Source: Antedon mediterranea
Taxonomy: Eukaryota > Animalia > Echinodermata
DNA: 64,000 nt
Assembly (NCBI RefSeq): GCF_964355755.1
Contig: NC_092670.1
Span: 17,408,795 to 17,472,794, forward strand
Reading direction: 5' to 3'
The notes beneath the pieces were generated by a model, which was not told where the DNA came from, did no database searches, and was given only the letters and a program-made list of their open reading frames with translations. Of this stretch, positions 26,901 through 38,614 are shown piece by piece. A program made the translations under genes and the position numbers. Position 1 is the first letter of the stretch. Each line of letters begins with the position of its first letter.

Positions 26901-29900
26901 CATTTTATATTTGTTTTATTTATTTGTTATTTTTTAACAAAAACTTGTTTTCATTACAGCCATTACAGACCAATATCGAAATCACTTGAGGTGTGGCCCA
27001 GAGTGTCCACAGACACACCCATTGGTTCTTGTCCTTATGACGGAGCAGCTTTTAAAAGCAGACATCAGCAAGATAAACACAAGTCTAGAAATAAGAAACC
27101 TTCCATTACTAAAGACATGTATGTTATGTTATGTTTAATTTAACCTTTAAAAGTTTTGGTGTAAACAATTTGTTTTGGTGTAAACAATTTGTTTTGGTGT
27201 AAGCAATTTGTTTTGGTGTAAACAATTTGTTTTGGTGTAAACAATTTGTTTTGGTGTAAACAATTTGTTTTGGTGTATGAAACAATAATAGGGTAAATAC
27301 CATCAAATTTACTGTATTTGGTTTTCTCTTAAAAGAATTACAATGTAAAAAAAATGTAGAAAATGTAAAAATAAACCCAAAAATAATTAAGGGCAGTTGA
27401 GTCTGTTCAAAGAATTGAATAAATTTGCTTTGTCATGTTTTGATAAGTTTGAATTGTATTTTTAACTAGTGCCAAAGGGAAAGGATTAACTCTGATACAA
27501 GTAAGAAAGAAGAATGCGGAAAAGATGAAAGAGAGAAAGAAAGGATTTTGTGAATGTTGCAAGCAAAGATTTGATAACCTAGATAAGGTAAGTTGCACTT
27601 GCTGTTTTGTTTTATTGAACGACCCAAACAATGCATCTACATGTGTCGATAACCCAACCTATAATGCATCTAATGTGTAAATAGAGCTTTATTGAATTGA
27701 AAGCTAGGAACTAGTTGTGTCATGTTACTTCAATGTGTGCATGTGGGATATGTTTCCTCACTTGATTCCTTAACACATTTGTGGGAGATTCTAGGTCCAA
27801 GCGACCCTAAAATGTAAAATTTGAATGAATAATAAGTGGTTTCAATTACATTTTGGCTCTGAAAAAGTGTTTGGGAAAAAGTGTATGAACCCAGACTTGG
27901 ATGTGGAAATAAATTGAATTGATATAATTATTGTACTGTAATAACATTTTCTTTTATTGTATAGCATCTAAGTAGCAGTGAACACAGAGATTTTGTATCC
28001 AAACAGAATCACTACAGTGCTCTGGATCAAATGATCACTCAAGGACCGGACATAGCGGCATTCCTTGAAGATGTCATAAGATTTCATGCAGATCAAAAAC
28101 AAGATGCACTGAGGTGAGTTTGAAAGGATTTGATGTCTTTGTGGTCGTTGATGTTGTTTGGTGGCAGCTCGTATGGACCTTTAGTAGAAATGAAAGTTGT
28201 AGTAACATCTAGTCCACTATGCTTTGAAATGGTTATATTAAGAAGTGCAATAAAATTTACGAATCCATAACCTTAATATTGAATCATTTGCAAGAATATG
28301 TTTATGTTTAGTAGTGTGCGTGAAAAAAAACCATTACAATATTTACCTAAATCTGCTTATTGTTTCTATTCATAATATTAAATATGAATTATTTATAACC
28401 GATGATTTTTCAATTTCAGTTTACATCCAGAAATTGTTGAGAGAAATAAAGAAACAACAGCAACCAATCTAAGCGACCTTCCTGGGCAAAGCGGTTCTAG
28501 TCGACTTCAACGAGAGAATTCATTACGTGTGTCCCTGCCTCTAGAACATGCTCAGCCTAAACGACTTGCTTCACAACGTTCTCCTGAAGTTGTCAACGAA
28601 AAAGAAATGGACAGTTCCAGAGTTGAGGAAGTTTTTCAGGAGATGTGGCTTGGTGAGCCGCCTCTGAGGAGTGCATCGGAAGTTGATGTCAATGAGTTTA
28701 TAAAACATAGAACAGCAATGCAGAAAAGAAATGCAAATTCTAACAAAAAGAAATTAAAAACTAGTGGAACATTACAAAATATAGGAACTGTTACCACTGA
28801 TAAACCCACTAATAATTCTCAGGAACTGAATGAATGCAAAACGTCACCTAATAAAAAATGTACATCACATTCTCAGGAGAAAAAGCAACCTAAATCTCCA
28901 TTAGTGTCTCCGCTTATAATACAAAGGAAGAGCGTTAAACGATCGTTTGATGATAAAGAGACGGGTGATGGAAGTGACACGATGTCCTATAAAATCAAAG
29001 AGAAACCAAAGAAAAGAAGGAAAACTGTTGCAGAGGAAGAAGATGATGACGTTTTTAAGGAAGATTTTGCAAATAAATCACCTAAGCTTGTTACTACTAC
29101 AAGTAAAAGAAAACTACAGAAAGCCGCTGAATCTAGCGTTCTGATGAAATCAGATAAATTTGTTACCACTCCTACGAGTCAACAAAATCAGACAAAACCG
29201 ACTGATTCTTGCATTATAGAGGACTTTGATAAAATTTGCACTCCTGATATGAGTAAAAAAAAATCGAAGATTGCTGAGGAATCAAACATTCCAGATAAAT
29301 CAAATAAAGTTGGTACTCTGCAAAGTAGTAAACAAAAAGAAAAGAAAGTTGGTATTCCAGATAAATCAAATAAAATTGATACTCCTCCAAGTACCAAAGG
29401 AAAAGAGACAAAGAAATCTTGCATTCCAGTGGAAGAGAAAAGCCCACGAAAATCTTCTTCAAGTCCACATGGGGAAACTTCTAGCAAAGATGGTAGGCGG
29501 AACTTGCGTAAAACAGCAATAAACTTACCTAACAATATGACTAAAAAAAATGTTACCACTCGCAGTGAAAAGAAAAAAGAAAAGAAACAACCATCAAACA
29601 CAAGAGAGGCAAAAGGGCTTCTTAATAGAGTACTGGCCAATAAACAAAGAGGAAAGCGTAAAAAGGGATCCAAGGTTTTAAATAGGACATTTGATGCCAC
29701 GTTATCGGTAGAGCATATTTTTAGCAGTGATCTTGGAGGGTCAGAGTTTTTAGGGTTTAGAAGTGAGGATATTCGAGAGAGTGAACTTAACTTACAATTG
29801 AGAATTAACGAATCAATTTGTAAGGTGCCGCTTACTGATGCTGCCCTCGAGGTCACTTGTGTCAAGTGTGATGACGAAGGGCATGAAGAGGACAGTGATG

Positions 29901-31621
29901 TGCGATCCAGCTCTCGGGATTTAGCAATACAATGTGTTTTTCACACTGTGGATAATTTCTCCCAAGGTGAATCTGACTGGGATCGACAGGTTGATGGATA
30001 TATGTCAAAGTTAGACACCATTGACAACAGACGAAAAACAGAAAAGGATACTTTAAAACTTGACAATACTAAACCAGAAAATGGAACAAACGTGTCCCCC
30101 ACATTGAAATCATCCAGCCCTCACAAGAGATCTCAAACCACTCCTAATCAAGTTAGTCGTGCATTCATCACAGAAATACTTGAAAGAAGACAACATGGTT
30201 ACCAGAGAACTACAGTGGAAGATCTCTTTCCGGATGTCAAAGTGAAGCATCGAGACATTTTGTTTGATAGCAGTGCAGAGGATATCGAAAACTTGCCAAT
30301 TCCAAATGTAGTAAACCAAGAACAAAAAGTATCACCACAGAGTAAATCAAAATCGCCAAATAAACAAAGAAAATGCCCACCCTCACCATTAAAAATGTTA
30401 CGCCCACAGTCTTCAGGTGAACCACATCCAGTAGTCTCACCTGTATCACCTGGTTTGTCTGTTAGAAATGAGAACGTTCCAGATGATATGTTTGTTGATT
30501 CTCCATCTAAGCATCTTCCTCCTGGAAGCAAGCTTCGAGAACGATCGAAAAGTGCAGAACCAAAAACTCCAAGAACCCCTTGTAAGACTCAGCGATGCAT
30601 GTTCAGCACTCCTGAACAGAAAGATAAGATTTGGTTGGTAAAGTCTCCTGGATTCTGTGCGTCACCCCCAATGATTCAACTACCTCCCGGTACACCTCAA
30701 GAAGAAGTCGAACTCATCGAAGATAACTACGTTCATGATGAAACTGAGATTGAAATTATATTTCCAAAGTTTTCAAGTCCAATGAGAACTGGTACCATCA
30801 AGACACCAGTTAAACATATCGCTGATCCTCAAACTGGGCGCCCTCTCCCAAGTCCAGTTAAGTCCAAACCATCTACAGACACTGACTTATCATCTGTGAT
30901 TTCTCTTAACAAAGCGTTGTCGTTATCGCCAATTAAAATGAATGTTGCTGTGTACGTACCAGACTTTGCAAAAGAAGGGTTTGCTAGGAATCTATTTGGA
31001 AGTAGTAAGAAAAGCACTTCAGCAAAAGCCAAACGGTCGCCTGCCGCTACTTCAAATGCAATAGTTTCTCCTAATAAACCTTTCACGTTATTTTACGACA
31101 AACACAGTTCCACACCAACCTCCGCCACATTCCGTGCTCGCACCAAAGTTATATCTCCGATTTTCTCTGCATATAAAAAACCACGGTTCTCATTAAATCT
31201 GCTCAAACCACCTAAAATGAAGTATGCGAAATCTGGTCGTCGGACACGGAACCAACTAAAAGAAGAACAAGAAGACTTGTTACGGCGTCTTTCTTTATCT
31301 CAATTTATTAACAAGAGCAATAATGAACAAGAATCAGATGAACTGAACGAGTCTCTTGATGCTGTGTATGATTTTGAGGAAGAAGCTGTGAACACTTCAT
31401 CAGACTCTAATGCTAGCAAGGGTGTGCAAACAAACAGTACAAAATCGGCAAAAGGTAAATCACAAAAGAAAAGTATAAATAAAAAGAGGAAGGTTGCAGC
31501 AAGCAGGTCGTCACAGAGAAGAACGAGGAGTGAGAGTAAAAGAAACAGTGTGTGCAGTAGCAGTCAAGAGGTGTCTTCTGTTGTAATGGAAGAACTCTGT
31601 TCTGAGGGCTTCTTTTGCTGA
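23911..31621 (+). CDS. DBF4: DBF4/ASK (Cdc7 kinase regulatory subunit), ~1,421 aa. Exons 23911-23965, 24121-24251, 24778-24926, 25274-25328, 25591-25635, 25831-25950, 26239-26281, 26725-26764, 26960-27118, 27470-27587, 27965-28113, 28420-31621
   Basis: Motif N: KPLNGKIFYFDL..LQKDIITLGG/KVEEFLSNGIHYVITNR..SRGKAIA..SILTQAIQWGVQVKHLD. Motif M: FIKVEDRNSHYRP. Motif C zinc finger: KGFCECCKQRFDNLDKHLSSSEH. GT-AG exons total 4,266 nt in frame. Confidence 0.92.
27153..27276. repeat. 19-bp minisatellite (GTTTTGGTGTAAACAATTT) x ~6.5 in a DBF4 intron
   Basis: Read directly from the sequence. Confidence 0.9.
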
Positions 31622-33166
31622 CACGATGGCTTCTTTTACTGACATTTCTATTTATTATAGTCTTCCAGATTATTTATAACAAAGTGTGTGGAAAATATCA
31701 GATTGGCCTACATTGTATCTATCTTCTTTTGGCTCTAATATGGTAAAATAAGATATTGGTTTCTTTGGAAATCTTAGGTTTTAGATGCACGCTATCAATA
31801 TTTTGTAGTATTGTAAAAATAAGGTATTAGTGTCTTCGGAAATCTTAGATGTCAGATGATAAATGTATATCTATAATCTAAAGTCATCTAGACTTAGAAA
31901 ATTTGCAGTTTAGTTGTAGTTCTACTCTTATGTAATGTTCTGCTGTTTTCCACTTTTTTTAAAACTTTTATAACAACATTTTACTGGTTTTTTTTTTTTT
32001 AATTGTATGTGTTACAGTATTGGACAAAATCGGTTCTGGCTTGGTTTTAGTCAAACCTGCCAGCCTTTATCTTCTTGTGGCTTTCAAAATTATAATCTAT
32101 TAACAAACAATTTCATAATCACCACCAATTCACCTCACAATTGTCATCCTCTTCAACTTTGAATCTCCATTGACATCCTTACTCAATCATAATTTCCATT
32201 ACAATCCGAATCATTCAGTATAATAATCTTGATTATCAATTAATAATAATGTCAAATCAATTTGTTGAGATAAATACAATCGAATGTCAAACTCAAGCAA
32301 CTAAAATACGGAATTAATTGTATTATTAGGGCCTAGTATATTCCTTACAAACAATGTCAATTAAATTGTTTAAATTAATTGTGCCAAATTCGATTTCTTT
32401 TTTACACAAAACAACTTTATTAAAAAACATTTTTATTTGGTTTTCTACATATAACTTAAATAAATAAAGTTTCTATTAACATTCTATAGTTTGCATAAAA
32501 ATCAATGATAGATGATTTTAATAAATATAAGGATGTTAAAATGATATGGTTGTAAATATATTTGAAGAATTCAGATAGTGTAATTATATTGTAAATAAGA
32601 AACGGTTTTTAAAGTTCTCAAGATTTTATATTAGTTATTTGTGTACGACTTGTGTGATTAAATTTTCCTCAGATTTTAAACATTTTATTTGAAAATCTAC
32701 AGAGTTTAAATATTAGCTAATATTAGTACTGTGTAAGCTGTTGGTTTAGAAGTCTCAGAGTTACAATTGTTCATTAATTTCTATTTTTGAACTTGATTCC
32801 CATATAGGACATCGTAAAGACGTATACAAGCAACGCAAGTAAATTTACAAATCACAAATGACAGAACATCCGAATTGATTGGTCAAATTAATTTAGTTGT
32901 GCGTACGTCTGTGCCCATGCGCCCTATGAGAACAAGCTTTCACATTGTGCTCGTCACTGACGGTTCTAACTTCTTACTACTGTAGTAAATAAATGGTTAT
33001 TTTTATTCGTTACGTACATGATGAGTAGATCTCCATTATAAAGTATTTTATATTGTTATTTAATAAAACAAAAACATGGAGTTACTATGCAAAAAAAAAT
33101 GTGTTAGGCCTACAGGTACTTTGATTATGAGTTTGCAGCAATTATGACGGAAAACATCTTTAAAAA

Positions 33167-34950
33167 TCAATCAATCAATCAATAATTTTTATTTCTCAAA
33201 TAAAAACAAAATACAGTTAACATTTTCTAAAAATAATAGATAATAAATGAGAAAAAGGGGTACCCCACTGGAAGCTTAAGCTTTAAAATGTGGGGTCCTG
33301 GCAACATAATTAAAATAAGGTAAGGTAAGAAATATATATAATATATGATAATGAACATAAAAAGACATTTAACTTAACAAATGCAGTTATTATTTGACTT
33401 AAGACAGATATATGATCAACTTAAACAATAATAGTAGAAACAAGGTATTCATGTAGTTTGAACTTAAATGAAGATATAAAATTAATAATTTTAATTTCGA
33501 CTGGTAAAGAATTCCAAATTTTTGGTCCTTGAAAAGTTATATCATGCTTGCCAACCTCCGTATTAAAACAATCATAAGCATAATCAAATTTATTTCTGGT
33601 ATTATAATTATGAACTGAACTAAAAGTTTGAAAATAAGTATCAAAAATTCTGGGCAGTTGATTATGTTTGAATTTAAACATAAATAAAGCAACATTTTTT
33701 GTAAGTAAGTCGTAAATATTAAGTGTATTAGATAAGACAAAAAGAGGAGCAGAATGGTGGAGTTAATGAACATTATAAACTGATCTTAAAGCTCTTTTTT
33801 GCAAAATATAAATACGGTTTAAATTAATTTTTGAAGTAAAACCCCAAACGGTTATACCATAAATTAAATGTGGCAAAAAGATTGATTTATAAATTAATAG
33901 TAAAACGGAGGAAGGCAAGGCATGTTTGAGTTTATTGAGGACACCAACCACTCTTGATAGTTTTAATGAAATTGTATTAATATGAGAAATAAAAGATAAG
34001 TATTCGTCAATAAAAATGCCAAGAAATGTTGTTGCTTTAGTTCTTTCAATTTCGCTGATGCCGTAATATAATTTAGGAATGTTGGTGGGGATTAGTTTAT
34101 TAACTGAACGAAAAATAATAAATTTGGTTTTTTTAATATTTAACGAAAGCTTATTTGATTTTAACCAGTTTGCAATTTTAGTAAGTTCTGGATTCATTAA
34201 AATAATAGCTTGGTAGATGTCCTTATGATTAATAAATAAACTTTTATCATCTGCAAACGTAACAATTTCAGCACAATCACTAATATAATTTAAATCATTA
34301 ATAAATAACAGAAATAAAAGCGGACCAAGGATGGATCCCTGTGGAACACCACACGAAACTGGCCGCAGCTCAGAGACAATATCATTGATTGATATATATT
34401 GATGTCTGTTACTTAAATAATTTTCGAACCACTTAAGTGGTATACCTCTTATACCATAGAAACGTAACTTATTAATTAAAATATCATGAGAAATACAATC
34501 AAAAGCCTTTGACAGGTCAATAAAAACTCCTAAAGTAAATTGTTTATTATCAATAGCAGACAAAATATTATGGATTGAATGATGGATGGCATGTATTGTA
34601 GAATGTTGGGAACGAAAACCAAACTGAGAATTGCTGAGGATGTTAAACTTTGTAAGAAATGAAATAGTTTGATCATAAACTATTCTTTCAAGTAGTTTAG
34701 AAATAGTTGGCAAGATGGAGATGGGCCTATAGTTATTGATATTTGAGACCTCACCACCTTTATGGATGGGTACAACTTTAGCAATTTTCATTGCATTTGG
34801 AACCACACCCTTTACTAAAGACATGTTCATTATGAATGTTAGTGGTATAGCTAATGCCAATGGACATATCTTTAGTATATATGGACCAATGTTATCAAAA
34901 CCAGGAGCTGTTGATTTTAAATTATTTATGTATGTTACTAATTCTTGTTC
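33167..34950 (-). mobile_element. 5'-truncated non-LTR retrotransposon (CR1/L2 group), RT domain with one in-frame stop
   Basis: NYRPISIL, QFGFR, FIDLSKAFD, GVPQGSILGP and FADD motifs. ORFs 33763-34860 and 33421-33681 are in the same frame across a single TAA. (ATTG)n 3' tail. AAAAA duplication at an insertion site that is empty in sister units (CTTTAAAAAGAGATT). Confidence 0.92.
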
Positions 34951-35625
34951 AAAAAGAGATTATCAATACATATATATAATAGTTGTTTCATCGTGGTTGT
35001 AATATACACATTTATGATGGTTAGGCAGATAACACCTATCGATCCATCGAGTTTTGTCAAGCGTTTATGAACTGATCCGTGAAACCTAAAAGCCACCAAA
35101 ACCCACATACCATTCCGTTTACCATCAATACCAATCACCTTTGTAACTCTTTTTTAATACTTTTCTTCTTAAATTTTAACATTTTATAATCATGTTAATG
35201 CTCTATTTACAATATTATAGAAAATGTAGGCCTACCAGCATATATTAGCTTAAAATAAGATGAAATGAAATCAATTTATATTTTCGAAATTGAAATTCGT
35301 TCATAATTTTCCTTCACCTTCTATTATGAGACTACAAGGGAGGTGCAAGAATAACAACACCACTGAAGCATGCACCTCATTGCAAACATTACGATTGAAG
35401 CAATTGATTTAAACCATAATGTTTTCAAATATAATATACATACTAATATTTATATTTCATTGATGATATGAAATGGCAAATATTCAGGAATAAATTGTTC
35501 AATAATAATGAACTACTATAACAATCTATACAATCGAATTTTTCCTAATAACCTTTTTTCTATTGGCACTACGTCTTCTGCTTTCCAAAAATATTGATAA
35601 TACAAACAAATTATATTGACATTCT

Positions 35626-36735
35626 TTATATCAAAGAACATTCTAATCGATTTATACTGTTTTTAGTCTTTATTATAATGAAAATGAAGACAGCGGTCAC
35701 AACTATCACCCCTCCAGCGATAAGTGTTGAACGAAGAGGAGCATATCTGTTAGTCGTACGTTTGACACTTAATTCAACGGTATGACTAGCTTCACCAATA
35801 TCGTTTTTAGCTTGGAACTTAATTGTGACACCGTTGTCATTTGCCGTAAGTTTTTGTTTGTTGGAAAGATGAGTAATCCCTTGACTCTGAACTAGTTCAG
35901 CGTTGCTGCAAACCATGCTCTCTATTATTTCATTTTTCCGCAAACATTCCCAGGTTACTTCTGCCGTGGGGTTAGCCGACACATTTATTGGTATGTCTAG
36001 ATAATCCCCTACGTCGTATTCTATCGTATGAGACATCTCAAATTGTGGTCGATACTGAACGTTAAGTCGTGTAGAACAAGACAACGTTTTTGGAATAAGA
36101 TCATGCGTCAGCGAACAGTTAAAGCTGGTCATTTCACGTGTTGCGTTTATTGGCAAAGTAGCTATACTTCTTTCTTGAAGGCCATTGGGACGTAGGATCG
36201 CTTTTGCAATTGGCTGTTTGGTATCCACCATCCGTACTTCGACACTTCCTGCAATGTCACCAATGGTGACATTGCACGACAACGTGACAGTCTCACCTTC
36301 TGAAACATCAGGCCTATCTATACCACATAACAAATCTGGAACATTCACGACATCGACGTCTATTTCCACTACATGAGATGTTAAACCCGTTATAGAAATG
36401 TGTTTGCAAATATAAAGGCCTTCATCAAATTGTGTAATGTTGGTTATAACAAGACGATAATTGTGTGTTACCTTGTCAAACTTGAGTCCGTATGAATCTT
36501 TAAATGATGCAACAACACTATCGTTAATACTGACTTTAGTCTCCGCAGTTGTACCATTGCTGACATAATACCATTCTACGTCATGATCGTCTGTATTTCC
36601 AACTTCGCAATCTAAAACAGCATTTTTTCCAACATTAAATGTTAATGTAATTCGTGATGATTGGGTTTTTGACAAACAATTATAGAATAACCCCAAAATT
36701 ATGTAGAGGTAAACTGCTTTACCAGTGAAAGCCAT
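35626..36735 (-). CDS. Ig-superfamily type I membrane protein, copy A (369 aa; signal peptide, V-like + 2 further Ig-like domains, TM, short tail), single coding exon
   Basis: Signal peptide; AVLDC..VEWY..DEGLYIC V-set motif; VTLSC..FNC domain; SANPTAEVTW domain; TM LIAGGVIVVTAVFIFIII. Confidence 0.85.
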   Translation of the reverse strand: MAFTGKAVYLYIILGLFYNCLSKTQSSRITLTFNVGKNAVLDCEVGNTDDHDVEWYYVSNGTTAETKVSINDSVVASFKDSYGLKFDKVTHNYRLVITNITQFDEGLYICKHISITGLTSHVVEIDVDVVNVPDLLCGIDRPDVSEGETVTLSCNVTIGDIAGSVEVRMVDTKQPIAKAILRPNGLQERSIATLPINATREMTSFNCSLTHDLIPKTLSCSTRLNVQYRPQFEMSHTIEYDVGDYLDIPINVSANPTAEVTWECLRKNEIIESMVCSNAELVQSQGITHLSNKQKLTANDNGVTIKFQAKNDIGEASHTVELSVKRTTNRYAPLRSTLIAGGVIVVTAVFIFIIIKTKNSINRLECSLI

Positions 36736-36847
36736 GATACAAAAATTAATGGTTGTTTCTTCTTCCGAGTAGATGTAGAACTAAACAAAATTCGCTTAAC
36801 GTTTTTATTTTGTTTCGAGTTTCGAAATATTAGAAATTACAGTTATT

Positions 36848-37128
36848 TATTTATAGACAACTTTAATTATGCAATAATTCACCTATTGTTGAATGACCAA
36901 TAGAGTATAAGCGCGTCATGATTCTCATTGTAATTGAAATGTAGAAAAACTTAAAATAAATTTGTCGTTAACACAATAACAAACAATGTTAGGCCAAATC
37001 AATTGAAAACAATATTGCTCTTTTATTCATTTGTATGCGGTATTGATTGATCAAGTGGTTAAATCAATTTTTTCGATTTACATTTGTTTTAAATAATTGG
37101 CCCCACTCTAGACTCTGGGAAAAATCCC
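36848..37128 (-). promoter_or_regulatory. Putative per-copy promoter of the Ig genes: TATA (36848-36855), CCAAT (36897-36901), kappaB-like GGGAAAAATCCC (37117-37128)
   Basis: TATAAATA lies ~115 bp upstream of the ATG and is conserved in all copies. CCAAT and TGACGCG are conserved in A-F. The kappaB-like site is present in A-D, with a variant in E. Confidence 0.5.
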
Positions 37129-38243
37129 AACAACGTTAAATTCGAGTTATCTTATAGGCCTACTTGATAACATTTTGTCTTTCATAGAACATTATATTTG
37201 TTTATATCTATAGTATTGAAAAATCTTATTATTGTCTTTGAAAGTTTTAGATGTCAGATAATAAATATTGTATATCTATAATCTTAAATCAATCTAGATT
37301 TAAAAACCTTAGTTGTACTTCTACCTCTTCTGTAATGTTCATCTGTTTTCCACTTTTGTGTTTATATTCTCAACTTTTATAGACACTTTTTAAGCCTACA
37401 GGTTTTAAAAAATTATATATATTATAACGGTTTTAGTCAAACGTCGTGTGTGGCAACCTTTATCTTGATTTTCTTGATTATAGTCTATATCAACAAACAA
37501 ATTATCATCCTTTTCAGTTTCGCAATCATCGATACCATCCTAACACAATTATAAATTCTATGAGAACAAGCTTTCACATTGTGATCGTCACTAACGGTTC
37601 CGGTTCCAACTTTTTACTACTGTAGTAAATAAATGGTTATATTTATTGGCCACGTACATGATAAGTAGATCTACATTATAAAGTATTTTATATTGTTATT
37701 TAATAAAACAAAAAAAATGGAGTTACTATGCAAACAACAGTGTTACTTTGATTATGAGTTTGCAGCAATAATGACGGAAAACACCTTTAAAAAGAGATTA
37801 TCAATACATATATAGTTTGTTTCATCGTGTTAGTATGTAATATACAAAACGTATGATGGTTATCTATAGGCAGATAACTGAAAAAGTTACCAACCACCTA
37901 TCGATCCATCAATTAATAAAGTTGTATTTTTTTTCTTTTTAAAGATTTGTCAGGCGTTTACTAGGAAACTGATCCGTGAAACCTAAAAGCTACCAAAATC
38001 GGAACAAAACCCACATACCATTCCGTTTACCATCAATACCAATCACCTTTGTAACTCTTATTTTTATACTTTTCTATTTAAATGTTAACATTTTATAATT
38101 ATGGAAAAATTTAGGCCTACAAACATATAATATATATTAGCTTAAAATAAGATGAAATTAATTTATATTTTCGAACTTGAAATTCGTTCATAATTTTCCC
38201 TTCACCTTCTATTATGGGACTATAAGGGAGATGCAAGAATCAA

Positions 38244-38614
38244 CGGCGCAGATCCGTTTGGGGGACGTATAACAACAATCAAATACTTTGCGAGTAACTT
38301 TAGGCTGGGCCCCCCGGCTCTTTGAGTAACTTATAGGTCGTTTCAATCGATTTGTGAGCACATAAAAATTAAAGAATACAATTATTTTGGGTTACGCTCT
38401 TTTTAGACACTAGTCCTGATGCGCCATTGGTATTCACTCAAAATCTAGTCTTCTTAGATACTGTATTTTCTGAAATTTCATACGATATGTCGATAGAAGT
38501 CTTGCTTTCTATTTCATTTCAACAATTTAATGATTTTGCTGTTGAAAAGTGAGGGGCACTAAAGAATATGTGGGGAACACGTCCCCCAGACCCCCCACCC
38601 CGGGATCTGAGCTG
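38244..38614. mobile_element. ~370-bp MITE-like insertion replacing the 3' end of Ig copy B (also 41223-41593 in C and 47612-47982 in D)
   Basis: Imperfect TIRs CGGCGCAGATCC / GGATCTGAGCTG, each flanked by CAA; absent from copies A, E and F. Confidence 0.65.

Noticed and set aside
29188-29865. Antisense ORFs over DBF4, P4H exon 1 and the Ig genes
   Set aside because: Shadow frames of K/E/S-rich or ordinary coding sequence, with no independent motifs
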